Source: a bacterium
GTDB lineage: Bacteria > Patescibacteriota > Minisyncoccia > 1-14-0-10-42-19
Direction: 5' to 3'
DNA length: 64,000 bases
Assembly: GCA_030690215.1 (NCBI GenBank)
Contig: JAUYHD010000016.1
Coordinates: forward strand, 17,681-81,680
Positions within the stretch are counted from its first letter, which is position 1. Every line of letters starts with the position of its first letter. The position numbers and the translations under genes were made by a program. The notes beneath the pieces are model-generated. The model searched no databases and had not been told where the DNA came from. It worked only from the letters and a program-made list of their open reading frames with translations. Below are positions 1-8,204 of the stretch, piece by piece.

Positions 1-226
1 TTGCTTTTTTCCTGATTTCTTTTTCCTGATCTGTAATAGTATTTCTAAAAGAACAAATATACAAAGAATAATAATCAACGCAATAATACCCTTCCCTACC
101 GTCATCAAAAATTCTATCCTCGTTATCTCCTCTAACGGAGAATACTATGTGGTAGCTATTTTTGCAATTCCATCTTTTTTCGGAGAAAAAATATTTTCTC
201 AAAAACGAATTTGAACTTCCTAAGAA

Positions 227-309
227 TGTGCAAGACCGGGTCTTGCACAGAAGGAACATGCTCTGGGAATTAACATATTTTTAGATTGTGCTAGGCCGGG
301 TCTTACACA
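227..309. promoter_or_regulatory. Two palindromic operator-like sites, 57 bp apart. TGTGCAAGACC-g-GGTCTTGCACA at 227-249 is perfect with 11-bp arms; 287-309 is a degenerate copy.
   Basis: Perfect 23-bp inverted repeat read directly; second copy shares 8 of 11 positions per arm; lies in an intergenic region with terminator-like hairpins. Confidence 0.4.
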
Positions 310-402
310 TTTACCATTAAAAATAAAAACAGGCGTAGGTTGTACGCCTGTGTAAAACGATTCCGATTTCCGGAGCACAGATACGCTTCATTTAAAAAAA
401 AT

Positions 403-445
403 AACGCACGCGTACAATTCGTACGCGTGCATCTTTTTTTAGTGC
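403..445. terminator. Bidirectional rho-independent terminator hairpin (ACGCACGCGTAC...GTACGCGTGC) flanked by A-run and T-run
   Basis: GC-rich palindrome with poly-A upstream and poly-T downstream. Confidence 0.5.
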
Positions 446-711
446 GTTGCATTTACCTCAACCGGGGGAAGTAGCCATCTCGGGATAGACATACAATTCA
501 TCCCATCGGTAAGCGTTTCGTAAGGACCTCGCTTACCGTGTTTATCCATACGCCTACCCTTAAAGTGCTTCGGAAATCTTACCTCCAGACAGCTACCCCC
601 GTCGCTAGTCCTTCCCGTAAGCTCGCCGACCTGTAAATCGGGGTATTCTTCCTCTCCCCCATGCTTCTTGCATAAACTAGGAAGACATACTTGAACTTTC
701 TGTCTAGCCAT
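439..711 (-). other. GC-rich structured region with its own sigma70-like promoter (TTGACA-17-TACAAT at about 745-773, minus strand) and AGGAGG+ATG. Encodes an atypical 90-aa ORF or a structured ncRNA.
   Basis: GC content well above the flanks; internal hairpins such as CGGTAAGCG...CGCTTACCG; ORF product rich in Cys/Arg/Gly with no recognisable family. Confidence 0.3.
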
Positions 712-843
712 TATAAAACCTCCTTGTAGAAAGATTATTTTCTTAATATACTGTTTGCTATTGTACTCCTATTTATCAATTTTGTCAACCCACACATAAG
801 AGGCCCTATGTGCTGGGTCAATACATTTAAAAAAATCGATGAC

Positions 844-1362
844 CTAATCATCGATTTTTTTAATCCTTCGCACATGCCTCTCTTCTCCTTTGAATTCGGT
901 CTCAAGCCATAGTTTTACAACGCTTTTTGCTTCTTCATCGGAAAGAAACCGCGCGCCGAGAGACAATATATTTGCGTCATTGTGCTCGCGCGAAAGAACT
1001 ATAATTTCTTTATCACCTCCATAATATACCGCCGCACGAACACCTCGAATCCGATTTGCAACCATTGCCTCTCCTTGCCCGGAACCGCCCAAAACAACCC
1101 CTCGACTCTCGCCTGCGGTGCCGCCGCCAAGCGGCGAGCCTCGCCCGTTAGGCGGGAGCGCAGTCGAACCGCTCGGGGCAAGCCCCTCATCATCACGGGC
1201 TACTGCCTCGGCAACCAGGCGAATAAAATCAGGGTAATCATCCTGATCATTGAGCGAATGCGCGCCCATGTCTTCTACCTCATGCCCCTCGTCTGCAAGA
1301 TATCTTTTGAGCTTTTCTTTGAGCGCGAACCCCGCGTGATCTGTACCTAGATATACCTTCAT
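844..1362 (-). CDS. rpiB: Ribose-5-phosphate isomerase B, Glu-type active site (GGSGxGE), carrying a 27-aa in-frame low-complexity insertion
   Basis: MKVYLGTDHAGF...REHNDANILSLGARF...ETEFKGEERHVRRI matches RpiB end to end; insertion DEGLAPSGSTALPPNGRGSPLGGGTAG is encoded by GC-rich nt 1111-1191. Confidence 0.85.
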   Translation of the reverse strand: MKVYLGTDHAGFALKEKLKRYLADEGHEVEDMGAHSLNDQDDYPDFIRLVAEAVARDDEGLAPSGSTALPPNGRGSPLGGGTAGESRGVVLGGSGQGEAMVANRIRGVRAAVYYGGDKEIIVLSREHNDANILSLGARFLSDEEAKSVVKLWLETEFKGEERHVRRIKKIDD

Positions 1363-1595
1363 AATTTTTAATTTCTAATTTTTATTGAATGCTAAAATGT
1401 CTTAATTTCTAAACGATTTGAAAATTTAGTTATTAAAAAATTGATTATTCTTCAATTCTGCTCAGAATCTTAACATCTTGAGCCCATCGAAAGAAAAATT
1501 TGAAATTTAAAATTGTAAATTAATGTATACTGCATTTTGATTTTTGGATTTTGCATTAAAACATCTCTCTATATATACAGTACAGTAACCGTCAA

Positions 1596-2600
1596 TTAAA
1601 GAAGGGGTTTTAGGCTTTCAATATGCTTCATTAACATAGCGCAATACCCCCATTCGTTGTCATACCATGACAAAATTTTTACTAAATCGCCGTCAACCAC
1701 GCGGGTAAATGCCACATCTATGATAGACCCAAATGGCTCGCCTAAAATGTCGGAAGACACAAGCGGTTCCTCTGTTACCTTCATAATCCCTCCCCATTCG
1801 GGACTTTCTGCGGCTTTGCGCAATATAGTATTCACTTCTTCAACAGTAGTTGGGCGCCCTGCAACAAATGTAAAATCAATAACGGAACCCGAAATAACAG
1901 GAACACGCAAAGAAATGCCGTCAAATTTTCCTTTTATGCCGGGGATCGCTTTTTCAACCGCGTCTGCGGCTCCCGTATGCGAAGGAACAATATTTACGGC
2001 CGCAGCCCGCCCCCGGCGATAATCTTTCGCGACAGGAGAATCCACGAGCGACTGCGTCGCGGTATATCCATGAACCGTATTCAAAAGGGCTTTTTTTACC
2101 CCAAGTGCCTGCATCATAATACTCATAACAGGTGTTGTCGCGTTTGTTGTACATGATGCGTTTGACGAGATTTTCCCTTCCTGCAAAAACTGAATACCTA
2201 CATTTGGAGTTGCGGTTTTTGTTTCTCCGTCATCTTTCGCGGGTGCTGTGATTACAACGCGCTTCGCTCCGCCCTTCAGATGCGCTTCTGCCATCTGATA
2301 CGAAACAAAAATGCCGGTTGACTCAACGACAACATCAATCCCGAGCTCTTTCCAAGGAAGATGCGCGGGATCTCTTTCCTGAAAAAATTGAACGGGCTTT
2401 CCATCAATTAAAAATTCCCCATCCCTGCGAGACATTGTTTTCTCAAACCTCCCGTATACGGAATCGTATTTTAGTAAATATAAAAGATTGTCCGCATCTC
2501 CCAAGTCATTGATAGCGACGATATCAAAATCGTCATGCCCGAATGCCTGGCGAAAAAATACACGGCCAATGCGGCCAAATCCATTGATTGCAATTTTCAT
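1596..2600 (-). CDS. gap: Glyceraldehyde-3-phosphate dehydrogenase
   Basis: MKIAINGFGRIGR N-terminus, SCTTN catalytic motif, WYDNEWGY C-terminal motif. Confidence 0.95.
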   Translation of the reverse strand: MKIAINGFGRIGRVFFRQAFGHDDFDIVAINDLGDADNLLYLLKYDSVYGRFEKTMSRRDGEFLIDGKPVQFFQERDPAHLPWKELGIDVVVESTGIFVSYQMAEAHLKGGAKRVVITAPAKDDGETKTATPNVGIQFLQEGKISSNASCTTNATTPVMSIMMQALGVKKALLNTVHGYTATQSLVDSPVAKDYRRGRAAAVNIVPSHTGAADAVEKAIPGIKGKFDGISLRVPVISGSVIDFTFVAGRPTTVEEVNTILRKAAESPEWGGIMKVTEEPLVSSDILGEPFGSIIDVAFTRVVDGDLVKILSWYDNEWGYCAMLMKHIESLKPLL

Positions 2601-2685
2601 AAAAAATACTGATTAACGATAATTGTATAATTGACAGAACAAGTACATTATCTATGATAATACAAGATTAACAAAGGAGAAAAAA

Positions 2686-3318
2686 GTGCTGTACCGTACA
2701 CTATGCTTTTTTGCAATCATACTTGTTTGTATAGCAATTCTTTCGGAAACAAAAAGTCACGCGGTCTCTGCTATGCCCGGTGTGCCTGCCCCCGCCGAAA
2801 TACCGCCGAAACATGAATCAACCGAAAAAAAACCTCTTACATGCGATACCTACCATCAACGAGTGTGGAAGGATATCCAAGAAATCAATAAGAGCATGGA
2901 GGGGGGGTTTATTCATCGTACGGATCTATGGGTATTAGCGCTTTCGCTTCGTATTATCGCACACGCAGAAGGATACCATGATGCCTCGTGCAAACCATTC
3001 AACTATTTTCCTGCCAAAGCATGCGAATCAACCAAACACGCGTTTGCAAGCCATCTTCAAACATCAGAAGACAAATCAAAAAAAGAAGTCACCCGAACGG
3101 CATATTCTACGCGAGCGCGGGCAAACGCAGCAGCACTCGCCTGTTTTTGTCCCGGCACGCTTACCCCCATACAAAACACATGTGATGACTGGAAAGAAAA
3201 ATCAGGAATCATCCTTACGGATTCAGGATATACCGAAGATCGCAATACTATTCTGCTTTTTTCCACACAGACAACCACCTACGGCTTTTTATACAGAACA
3301 TTTTGCAAACCCCGTTAG
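2686..3318 (+). CDS. Secreted hypothetical protein (signal peptide, Cys-containing)
   Basis: GTG start preceded by AAAGGAGA; hydrophobic N-terminus; no recognisable domain. Confidence 0.45.
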   Translation: MLYRTLCFFAIILVCIAILSETKSHAVSAMPGVPAPAEIPPKHESTEKKPLTCDTYHQRVWKDIQEINKSMEGGFIHRTDLWVLALSLRIIAHAEGYHDASCKPFNYFPAKACESTKHAFASHLQTSEDKSKKEVTRTAYSTRARANAAALACFCPGTLTPIQNTCDDWKEKSGIILTDSGYTEDRNTILLFSTQTTTYGFLYRTFCKPR

Positions 3319-3720
3319 GCAAAATCGGACCGTCTTCCTTGCCGCGTCTACTAGCGAATTTCGACGATTTGAACAACGGACCATTGTTTCTTTAACCATA
3401 TATAGCATCCGTCAGACGTAGATGCGGCTTCCGATTTAGCCAAACGGGGCAAACCCCGTAGTGAAAAATAGCATGGTTGTTCTTACGCCTCATCGCTAAC
3501 AATACAATGAACCGCAAACTGTGGCGTTGGTGTAAAACAGAGAAACCCACACATCGAACAACAAAGGCGTTATGCTATTTTCTACTAACGGGGCAAACCC
3601 AGCTCCACTTTTGTGATAAGAACGCATAGATAAAGCGTGATTTTTCCATAGTATGAGTTTTTGGGAGCGCAGGCTCAATACAAAAGTGGGGCTGGGCAAA
3701 CCCCATTGGGCACTACTGTC
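3300..3720. repeat. Composite MITE-like repeat region (CCCCGTTAGGC / GCCAAACGGGG termini). Homologous in reverse orientation to 46200-46545 and related to 41270-41330.
   Basis: The reverse complement of 3305-3420 aligns with 46255-46370 (CGTCTGACGGAT...GCTAGTAGACGCG...GATTTTGCCTAACGGGG). Confidence 0.6.
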
Positions 3721-3783
3721 TTACGAGAAAAACAACAAAATACCCTCGCGTTTGACGCGACGGTATTTTTTATATACTCGCCA

Positions 3784-4719
3784 CTATTCATTCGGGTGGG
3801 CTTTTTCTTTTTGTAAAAGATATTGATAGGCGGAGAGCGCCGCTTTTACCGCATCTCCAGCGGAAATATTGTTCTGCTTATACATTTCGTCGGTCACGTC
3901 TCCAGCCGCCCAGATTCCCTCCTTTGAAGTAGCCGCGGTTCTGTGATCAATAATAATCTCTCCGTATTTATTTTTTTCAACCAAGGTTCCCAAAAATTCC
4001 GAATTAGGAACGGCGCCGATTTCAACAAAAACCCCGGTCACATCAAGCGTACGTTCTTCCCCGCTTACCCTATCCTTATATGTAAGCCCTTTTACAAATT
4101 TATCTCCTAATACCTTAACGGTTTGCGCATTCATAATCGCGCCTTTAAACTTTTCTGATTTTTGAATATGTTCAAATGTCACCGGATCTCCTTTAATTGA
4201 GTCGGAATATTCGAGCAAATAAATTTCGGATGCGTACGGAATTAGATCCTGTACTGCTTCAAGCCCCGCGTTTCCTCCGCCGACTACCGCAACCTTCTGT
4301 CCGGCAAAAATAGGCGCATCACACGTGGAACAAAACGCAACTCCCTTACCGTTAAATTCTTCTTCGCCGGGGATTCCCATTTTTCTCCTTCGCGATCCGC
4401 TTGCTAAAATCAGCGTCCTGGCATCATAGGTACCCGTGCCCGTCGTTACCCGAAAACCACCTTCTATTTCTTCGGCTTTTTCTACCCGCTCCGAGAGAAT
4501 CTCAATGCCTTCTTGGGCGCGCGCGTGTTCTTCTAATTTTTGAGCGAGCTCGGATCCGGGAATGCTCACCATCCCAATCCAGTTAAAAATCTCCGCGGAT
4601 ACGGACGACTGCCCGCCGAATGACTCCGCAATCATAAGCGTTTTTATTTTTTTGCGCGCGGCATATACAGCTGCCGCCACCCCTCCCGGTCCTCCGCCGA
4701 TAATAATTGTGTCGTACAT
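3784..4719 (-). CDS. trxB: Thioredoxin-disulfide reductase
   Basis: MYDTIIIGGGPGG FAD motif, CSTCDA redox-active site, GGGNAG NADPH motif. Confidence 0.9.
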   Translation of the reverse strand: MYDTIIIGGGPGGVAAAVYAARKKIKTLMIAESFGGQSSVSAEIFNWIGMVSIPGSELAQKLEEHARAQEGIEILSERVEKAEEIEGGFRVTTGTGTYDARTLILASGSRRRKMGIPGEEEFNGKGVAFCSTCDAPIFAGQKVAVVGGGNAGLEAVQDLIPYASEIYLLEYSDSIKGDPVTFEHIQKSEKFKGAIMNAQTVKVLGDKFVKGLTYKDRVSGEERTLDVTGVFVEIGAVPNSEFLGTLVEKNKYGEIIIDHRTAATSKEGIWAAGDVTDEMYKQNNISAGDAVKAALSAYQYLLQKEKAHPNE

Positions 4720-4835
4720 AATTTAGTTATGAGTTAAGAGTAATAAGTTAGGAATAATAAGTTATGAGTAATGAGTTATGAGTTAAGAATAATAAGTTAA
4801 GAGTGATGAGTGATGAGTTATTTCACAGGCAAGCA
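4707..4835. repeat. Simple-sequence repeat array of GTTATGAGTTA / AGTAATGAGT units
   Basis: Tandem near-identical 10-12 nt units read directly; the same unit recurs at 55355-55375, 59843-59870 (inside miaA) and 62888-62915. Confidence 0.7.
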
Positions 4836-5026
4836 TCAAATATCAAAATTCAAATAATTTTTGCCATTAGAATTTTGGGCTTGATTTGATATTTGAGTTT
4901 TGGAATTTGGATTTTGTAGTTTGGTATTTCGCTCTAACATTCTATACGTTATAATTTTTGAATACATGGCGGAAAGATACAAGTTTTATTATACATGCTA
5001 TATGTTGCACGCTTCAAGTTACGTGT

Positions 5027-5788
5027 TTAAAGAAAATCTAAAAGGCTTTTTTCATAATTCAACGGTTCAAGCAATCGGAATCCCCACGAAATCAGCAATG
5101 GAAATTTATCAAACAGTAAAAACACTCCTATGAGAATAAGAAACGCGCCCGCTATCCACGAAATGATACGGAGTGTTTTCTGGGATTTTTCTATCCATCG
5201 GAGTGCCCGGCTATATAAAAGAGATACCGCTAAAAACGGAATCGCGAGCCCAAAAGAAAAAATGAGAAGCAACAGCCCTCCTTCAAACGCTGTTGTTTTT
5301 GCGCCCGCAAGAATAAGGACCGACCCCAATACGGGCCCTACGCAGGGAGTCCACCCAAATGCGAATGTAGCTCCAACCAAAAGAGAACTTAATGGATTCC
5401 CCGGCCGAAACCACCTGCCAAGTCCAAATGAATGTGCGCCGGCAAGCGAGGATGTTTTGATTACGCCCAGCAAAAAAAGTCCGAAAAAAATAACAAGCGC
5501 GCCCCCAATACGCGCAAGCCAAATGCGTGAAGACCCAAGAATAGTAGACCCCAAAAAACCCGCAAGAACCCCGAACAGAATAAAAATAATACTGAAACCA
5601 GCAATATACGCAATCCCATTTATAAGTATTTTTTTACGCCGGGCAAAAGAAGATAACTGTTCTCTCCCCGAAGCAACCCCGCTTATAAAACCGAGGTATG
5701 CGGGAACCAACGGCAAGGTGCAAGGCGCAAGGAATGTCACAAGGCCCGCTATGAACGCGGGTAGAAGTAATACTTGAAATTCGGGCAT
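5027..5788 (-). CDS. ccdA: Cytochrome c-type biogenesis / thiol-disulfide transporter CcdA (DsbD family)
   Basis: LAPCTLPLVPAYLGF motif with paired Cys in TM1, about six TM helices, CVGP in a later helix. Confidence 0.8.
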   Translation of the reverse strand: MPEFQVLLLPAFIAGLVTFLAPCTLPLVPAYLGFISGVASGREQLSSFARRKKILINGIAYIAGFSIIFILFGVLAGFLGSTILGSSRIWLARIGGALVIFFGLFLLGVIKTSSLAGAHSFGLGRWFRPGNPLSSLLVGATFAFGWTPCVGPVLGSVLILAGAKTTAFEGGLLLLIFSFGLAIPFLAVSLLYSRALRWIEKSQKTLRIISWIAGAFLILIGVFLLFDKFPLLISWGFRLLEPLNYEKSLLDFL

Positions 5789-5967
5789 ACCCCGTTAGGC
5801 TAAATCGAAAAACGTCTTATTTGCAAAACCGCAGAAGATATTTCGATGTTCGCCCTTAATTGTACTTTTTAACACCACCATTTTGTGTTTCCCCATAAGA
5901 CGCAAAGGTTTTGGTTTCGATTTTGCCATACGGGGCATATATGTATAATATCACGCCTGTCGAGATA

Positions 5968-6222
5968 CTATTTTTCTTTTTTGATTTCTTCAATAGAACA
6001 ACCGATATGGGGTTCTTTTTTGGGATCGTTTCCGACCGCTTCTATATACATCGCGTCGGCTTCCAAAATACCTTCTGCTTCGCACTTAAATACGACTACC
6101 CCGCCCCGAGAGTTGTCGCGATATATAAATTTTTTTATACCACGTTCTTTGTTTGATGCAGGATTTTCTATAGACATAAAAAACGAATGGCTTGCCACGA
6201 GCGAGTGAACCGCTTGTGGCAA
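5968..6222 (-). CDS. Small hypothetical protein downstream of ccdA
   Basis: 84-aa ORF; weak thioredoxin-like context but no CxxC motif. Confidence 0.3.
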   Translation of the reverse strand: MPQAVHSLVASHSFFMSIENPASNKERGIKKFIYRDNSRGGVVVFKCEAEGILEADAMYIEAVGNDPKKEPHIGCSIEEIKKEK

Positions 6223-6284
6223 ACGAGCCGAGTGGACTTCGTATGCGTGAGTTGGAACCAGATTATTAACGATTTAAAAGTGTT

Positions 6285-6779
6285 TCAAGAAATTAGAAGT
6301 AGTATAAGCGAACCGAAAATTGCAAGATAAGACCTTGGCAGATAATATCCGTTAACTACCTTTAGCCATCGCTTGTGCCACCAAATACTTCCCTGTGGCC
6401 CCTTCAATAATTCGCTCAGTGCTGGAAAATTCCAGTTTAGCACGAACCAAGAAAAATCCTCAATTACTGTTATGGCGATGTAAATCGCCATAATGAGCAA
6501 AAAGTTGTGGAGCAGAAGGAAGTGTTCTGCTAAAAGTATCAATGGAAGCAAAAATAAATACATCAATACGGCGTAACCGAAAAAATAAGGCACCCCGAGA
6601 ACACGAGCCATTACTTTCGTTACAAAATTGTTTTCCCCGATTATCCTGCCATACCATTTATTTTTAGGCAGACCAGCGCCCCACCCCTTATCTTTTTCAA
6701 TTAAAATTTCCAAAATAGCTATTGGGATAGCAAAGACAAGTATATTGACTGCGAAAATGATAAATTTGGACTCTAACAT
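6285..6779 (-). CDS. Integral membrane protein, hypothetical
   Basis: Start placed at the internal MLESKFIIF methionine; the longer ORF-track N-terminus overlaps tRNA-derived GC-rich sequence. Confidence 0.45.
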   Translation of the reverse strand: MLESKFIIFAVNILVFAIPIAILEILIEKDKGWGAGLPKNKWYGRIIGENNFVTKVMARVLGVPYFFGYAVLMYLFLLPLILLAEHFLLLHNFLLIMAIYIAITVIEDFSWFVLNWNFPALSELLKGPQGSIWWHKRWLKVVNGYYLPRSYLAIFGSLILLLIS

Positions 6780-6833
6780 AGATATACGTAGACACAAGTG
6801 GATTGGGTAATGTGCCTGCCTAAAACAATGATG

Positions 6834-6920
6834 TGGACCCGCGGAGAATCGCCGCCCAGCATAGGGCGAGCCTCGCCCGCTCGCTACGCGAGCGAGGCGG
6901 GAACTCCGGCCTACCGGATG
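6834..6920 (-). pseudogene. Partial duplicate of the tRNA-Ala 3' half (T-arm plus acceptor 3' strand) interrupted in the T-loop by a 50-nt GC-rich palindromic insertion
   Basis: TGGACCCGCGGAGAATCG...AACTCCGGCCTACCGGATG repeats tRNA-Ala positions; insert GCCGCCCAGCATAGGGCGAGCCTCGCCCGCTCGCTACGCGAGCGAGGCGGG. Confidence 0.6.
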
Positions 6921-6935
6921 TCCCGACAGCAAAGG

Positions 6936-7006
6936 TGGACCCGCGGAGAATCGAACTCCGGCCTACCGGATGCAAACCGGTCGTTTTACCACTGAACTAC
7001 GGGCCC
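6936..7006 (-). tRNA. tRNA-Ala (anticodon TGC)
   Basis: Reverse complement GGGCCCGTAGTTCAGTGGTAAAACGACCGGTTTGCATCCGGTAGGCCGGAGTTCGATTCTCCGCGGGTCCA; G3:U70 Ala identity pair; cloverleaf folds; no encoded CCA. Confidence 0.9.
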
Positions 7007-7176
7007 CCAACTTCGCTCCGATATTCATCGGAGCTTCGATGGGCAAGCAAAATTTTTTACCTCTGCTTGTCCGTCCGAAGCCCTGAAGCATAGAGAGGCG
7101 AAGGCGGAAACTACGGACCTTTCGTTTAAACTCATTAGCAAAATATTATTCATTGTGCGTGTTTTCATATCTTCGG

Positions 7177-7225
7177 TCAACCCCGTTAGATGAGCAGAGT
7201 TTGGAACGCTCTACCTAATGGGGCA
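7177..7225. repeat. Palindromic REP-like element CCCCGTTAGATGAGC...GCTCTACCTAATGGGG
   Basis: One of at least six copies in the window (7177, 26752, 33549, 36513, 45838, 50455). Confidence 0.7.
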
Positions 7226-7249
7226 AAAATAAAATCCCGTAAACGGGAT

Positions 7250-7543
7250 TTATTCTATTATTTTCAATTTGAACCGCATGTCTATTTTGTTCATGAATTC
7301 GTCGAATGCTTTTGGTATCGATACATGAAAAGATTTGAATTTCTCATTGATGAGATCACGCGGTTTTCTTTTTTTAAAATACAAAAGAAGATTTGCCATT
7401 TCTTTTTCTTCTACAAAAACGTTTGCTTCGTTGTCTGGCCCGCGAATTGAACATTCATAAGAAATGCTTTCCGGTTTTCGTATGGAATCCTTTTGGATAT
7501 CTGTAAATACAAACTCGGGCATGTCAGATACTATCCTTCGCAA
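7250..7543 (-). CDS. Hypothetical protein
   Basis: 97-aa ORF with protein-like composition. Confidence 0.3.
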   Translation of the reverse strand: MRRIVSDMPEFVFTDIQKDSIRKPESISYECSIRGPDNEANVFVEEKEMANLLLYFKKRKPRDLINEKFKSFHVSIPKAFDEFMNKIDMRFKLKIIE

Positions 7544-7553
7544 CTATACGCCG

Positions 7554-7760
7554 TTACGCCAAGCGTTCCGCGCTGGAATTATTCCATTCTTCCTCGTCTT
7601 CGTCCTCGTCCCATTCTTCATCGTCTTCAAATTCTTCTTCGTCTTCATCCCACTCTTCTTCATCGTCGCCCGTTTCGTCTTCCTTGTCGTCGGGCGAGTT
7701 GGAATCCGGCCCTTCATCAAATGAGGGCCTACATACAATCAGATCAACAACTGATATCAT
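7554..7760 (-). CDS. Small highly acidic (Asp/Glu/Trp-rich) hypothetical protein
   Basis: 68-aa ORF; DEDEEEWDEDEEEFEDDEEW low-complexity tail. Confidence 0.25.
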   Translation of the reverse strand: MISVVDLIVCRPSFDEGPDSNSPDDKEDETGDDEEEWDEDEEEFEDDEEWDEDEDEEEWNNSSAERLA

Positions 7761-7841
7761 GTACTTTCTCCTTCCTGTACTGCTATTTTCGATAGTATAT
7801 CAAAGAATAATCAAAAAAGCAAGTCCGCCTAAAACAGCCTT

Positions 7842-8123
7842 CTATTTAAACGGAATAAAAATGATTCGTCCCATACCCACCAATACGCCATCCTCAAACA
7901 CTTCAATGTATGGCGTCGGTCCGCCTTCCTGCTCTTCGTGACAGAGATACAAGTGGCCCTCTTCCAGCTCTCCCCGCGAAATAGGGATATTGCTTATCCG
8001 CATTCCGGGAATTGTTTTTCCTTTCATGGCTTCCTCCAAATATATTTTTTGCGTCCATAACAAGGATAGCATTTTTCTCTGTAACAAAAAAGCGGAGCAC
8101 AAGCTACGCTTTCTGATTACCAA
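7842..8123 (-). CDS. Hypothetical small protein
   Basis: ORF only. Confidence 0.25.
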   Translation of the reverse strand: MVIRKRSLCSAFLLQRKMLSLLWTQKIYLEEAMKGKTIPGMRISNIPISRGELEEGHLYLCHEEQEGGPTPYIEVFEDGVLVGMGRIIFIPFK

Positions 8124-8204
8124 ATTATCAAAATAAAAATTTAATCTTCACTGCTCTCCAAAGGAACAGAAGTGCTATCCTCGGAAGCCCCAATAACCGC
8201 TGTG

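Noticed and set aside
6780-6932. N-terminal 51-aa extension of the 6285-6932 ORF
   Set aside because: The extension is encoded by tRNA-derived GC-rich sequence (the tRNA-Ala partial duplicate). The internal Met gives a sensible membrane protein.
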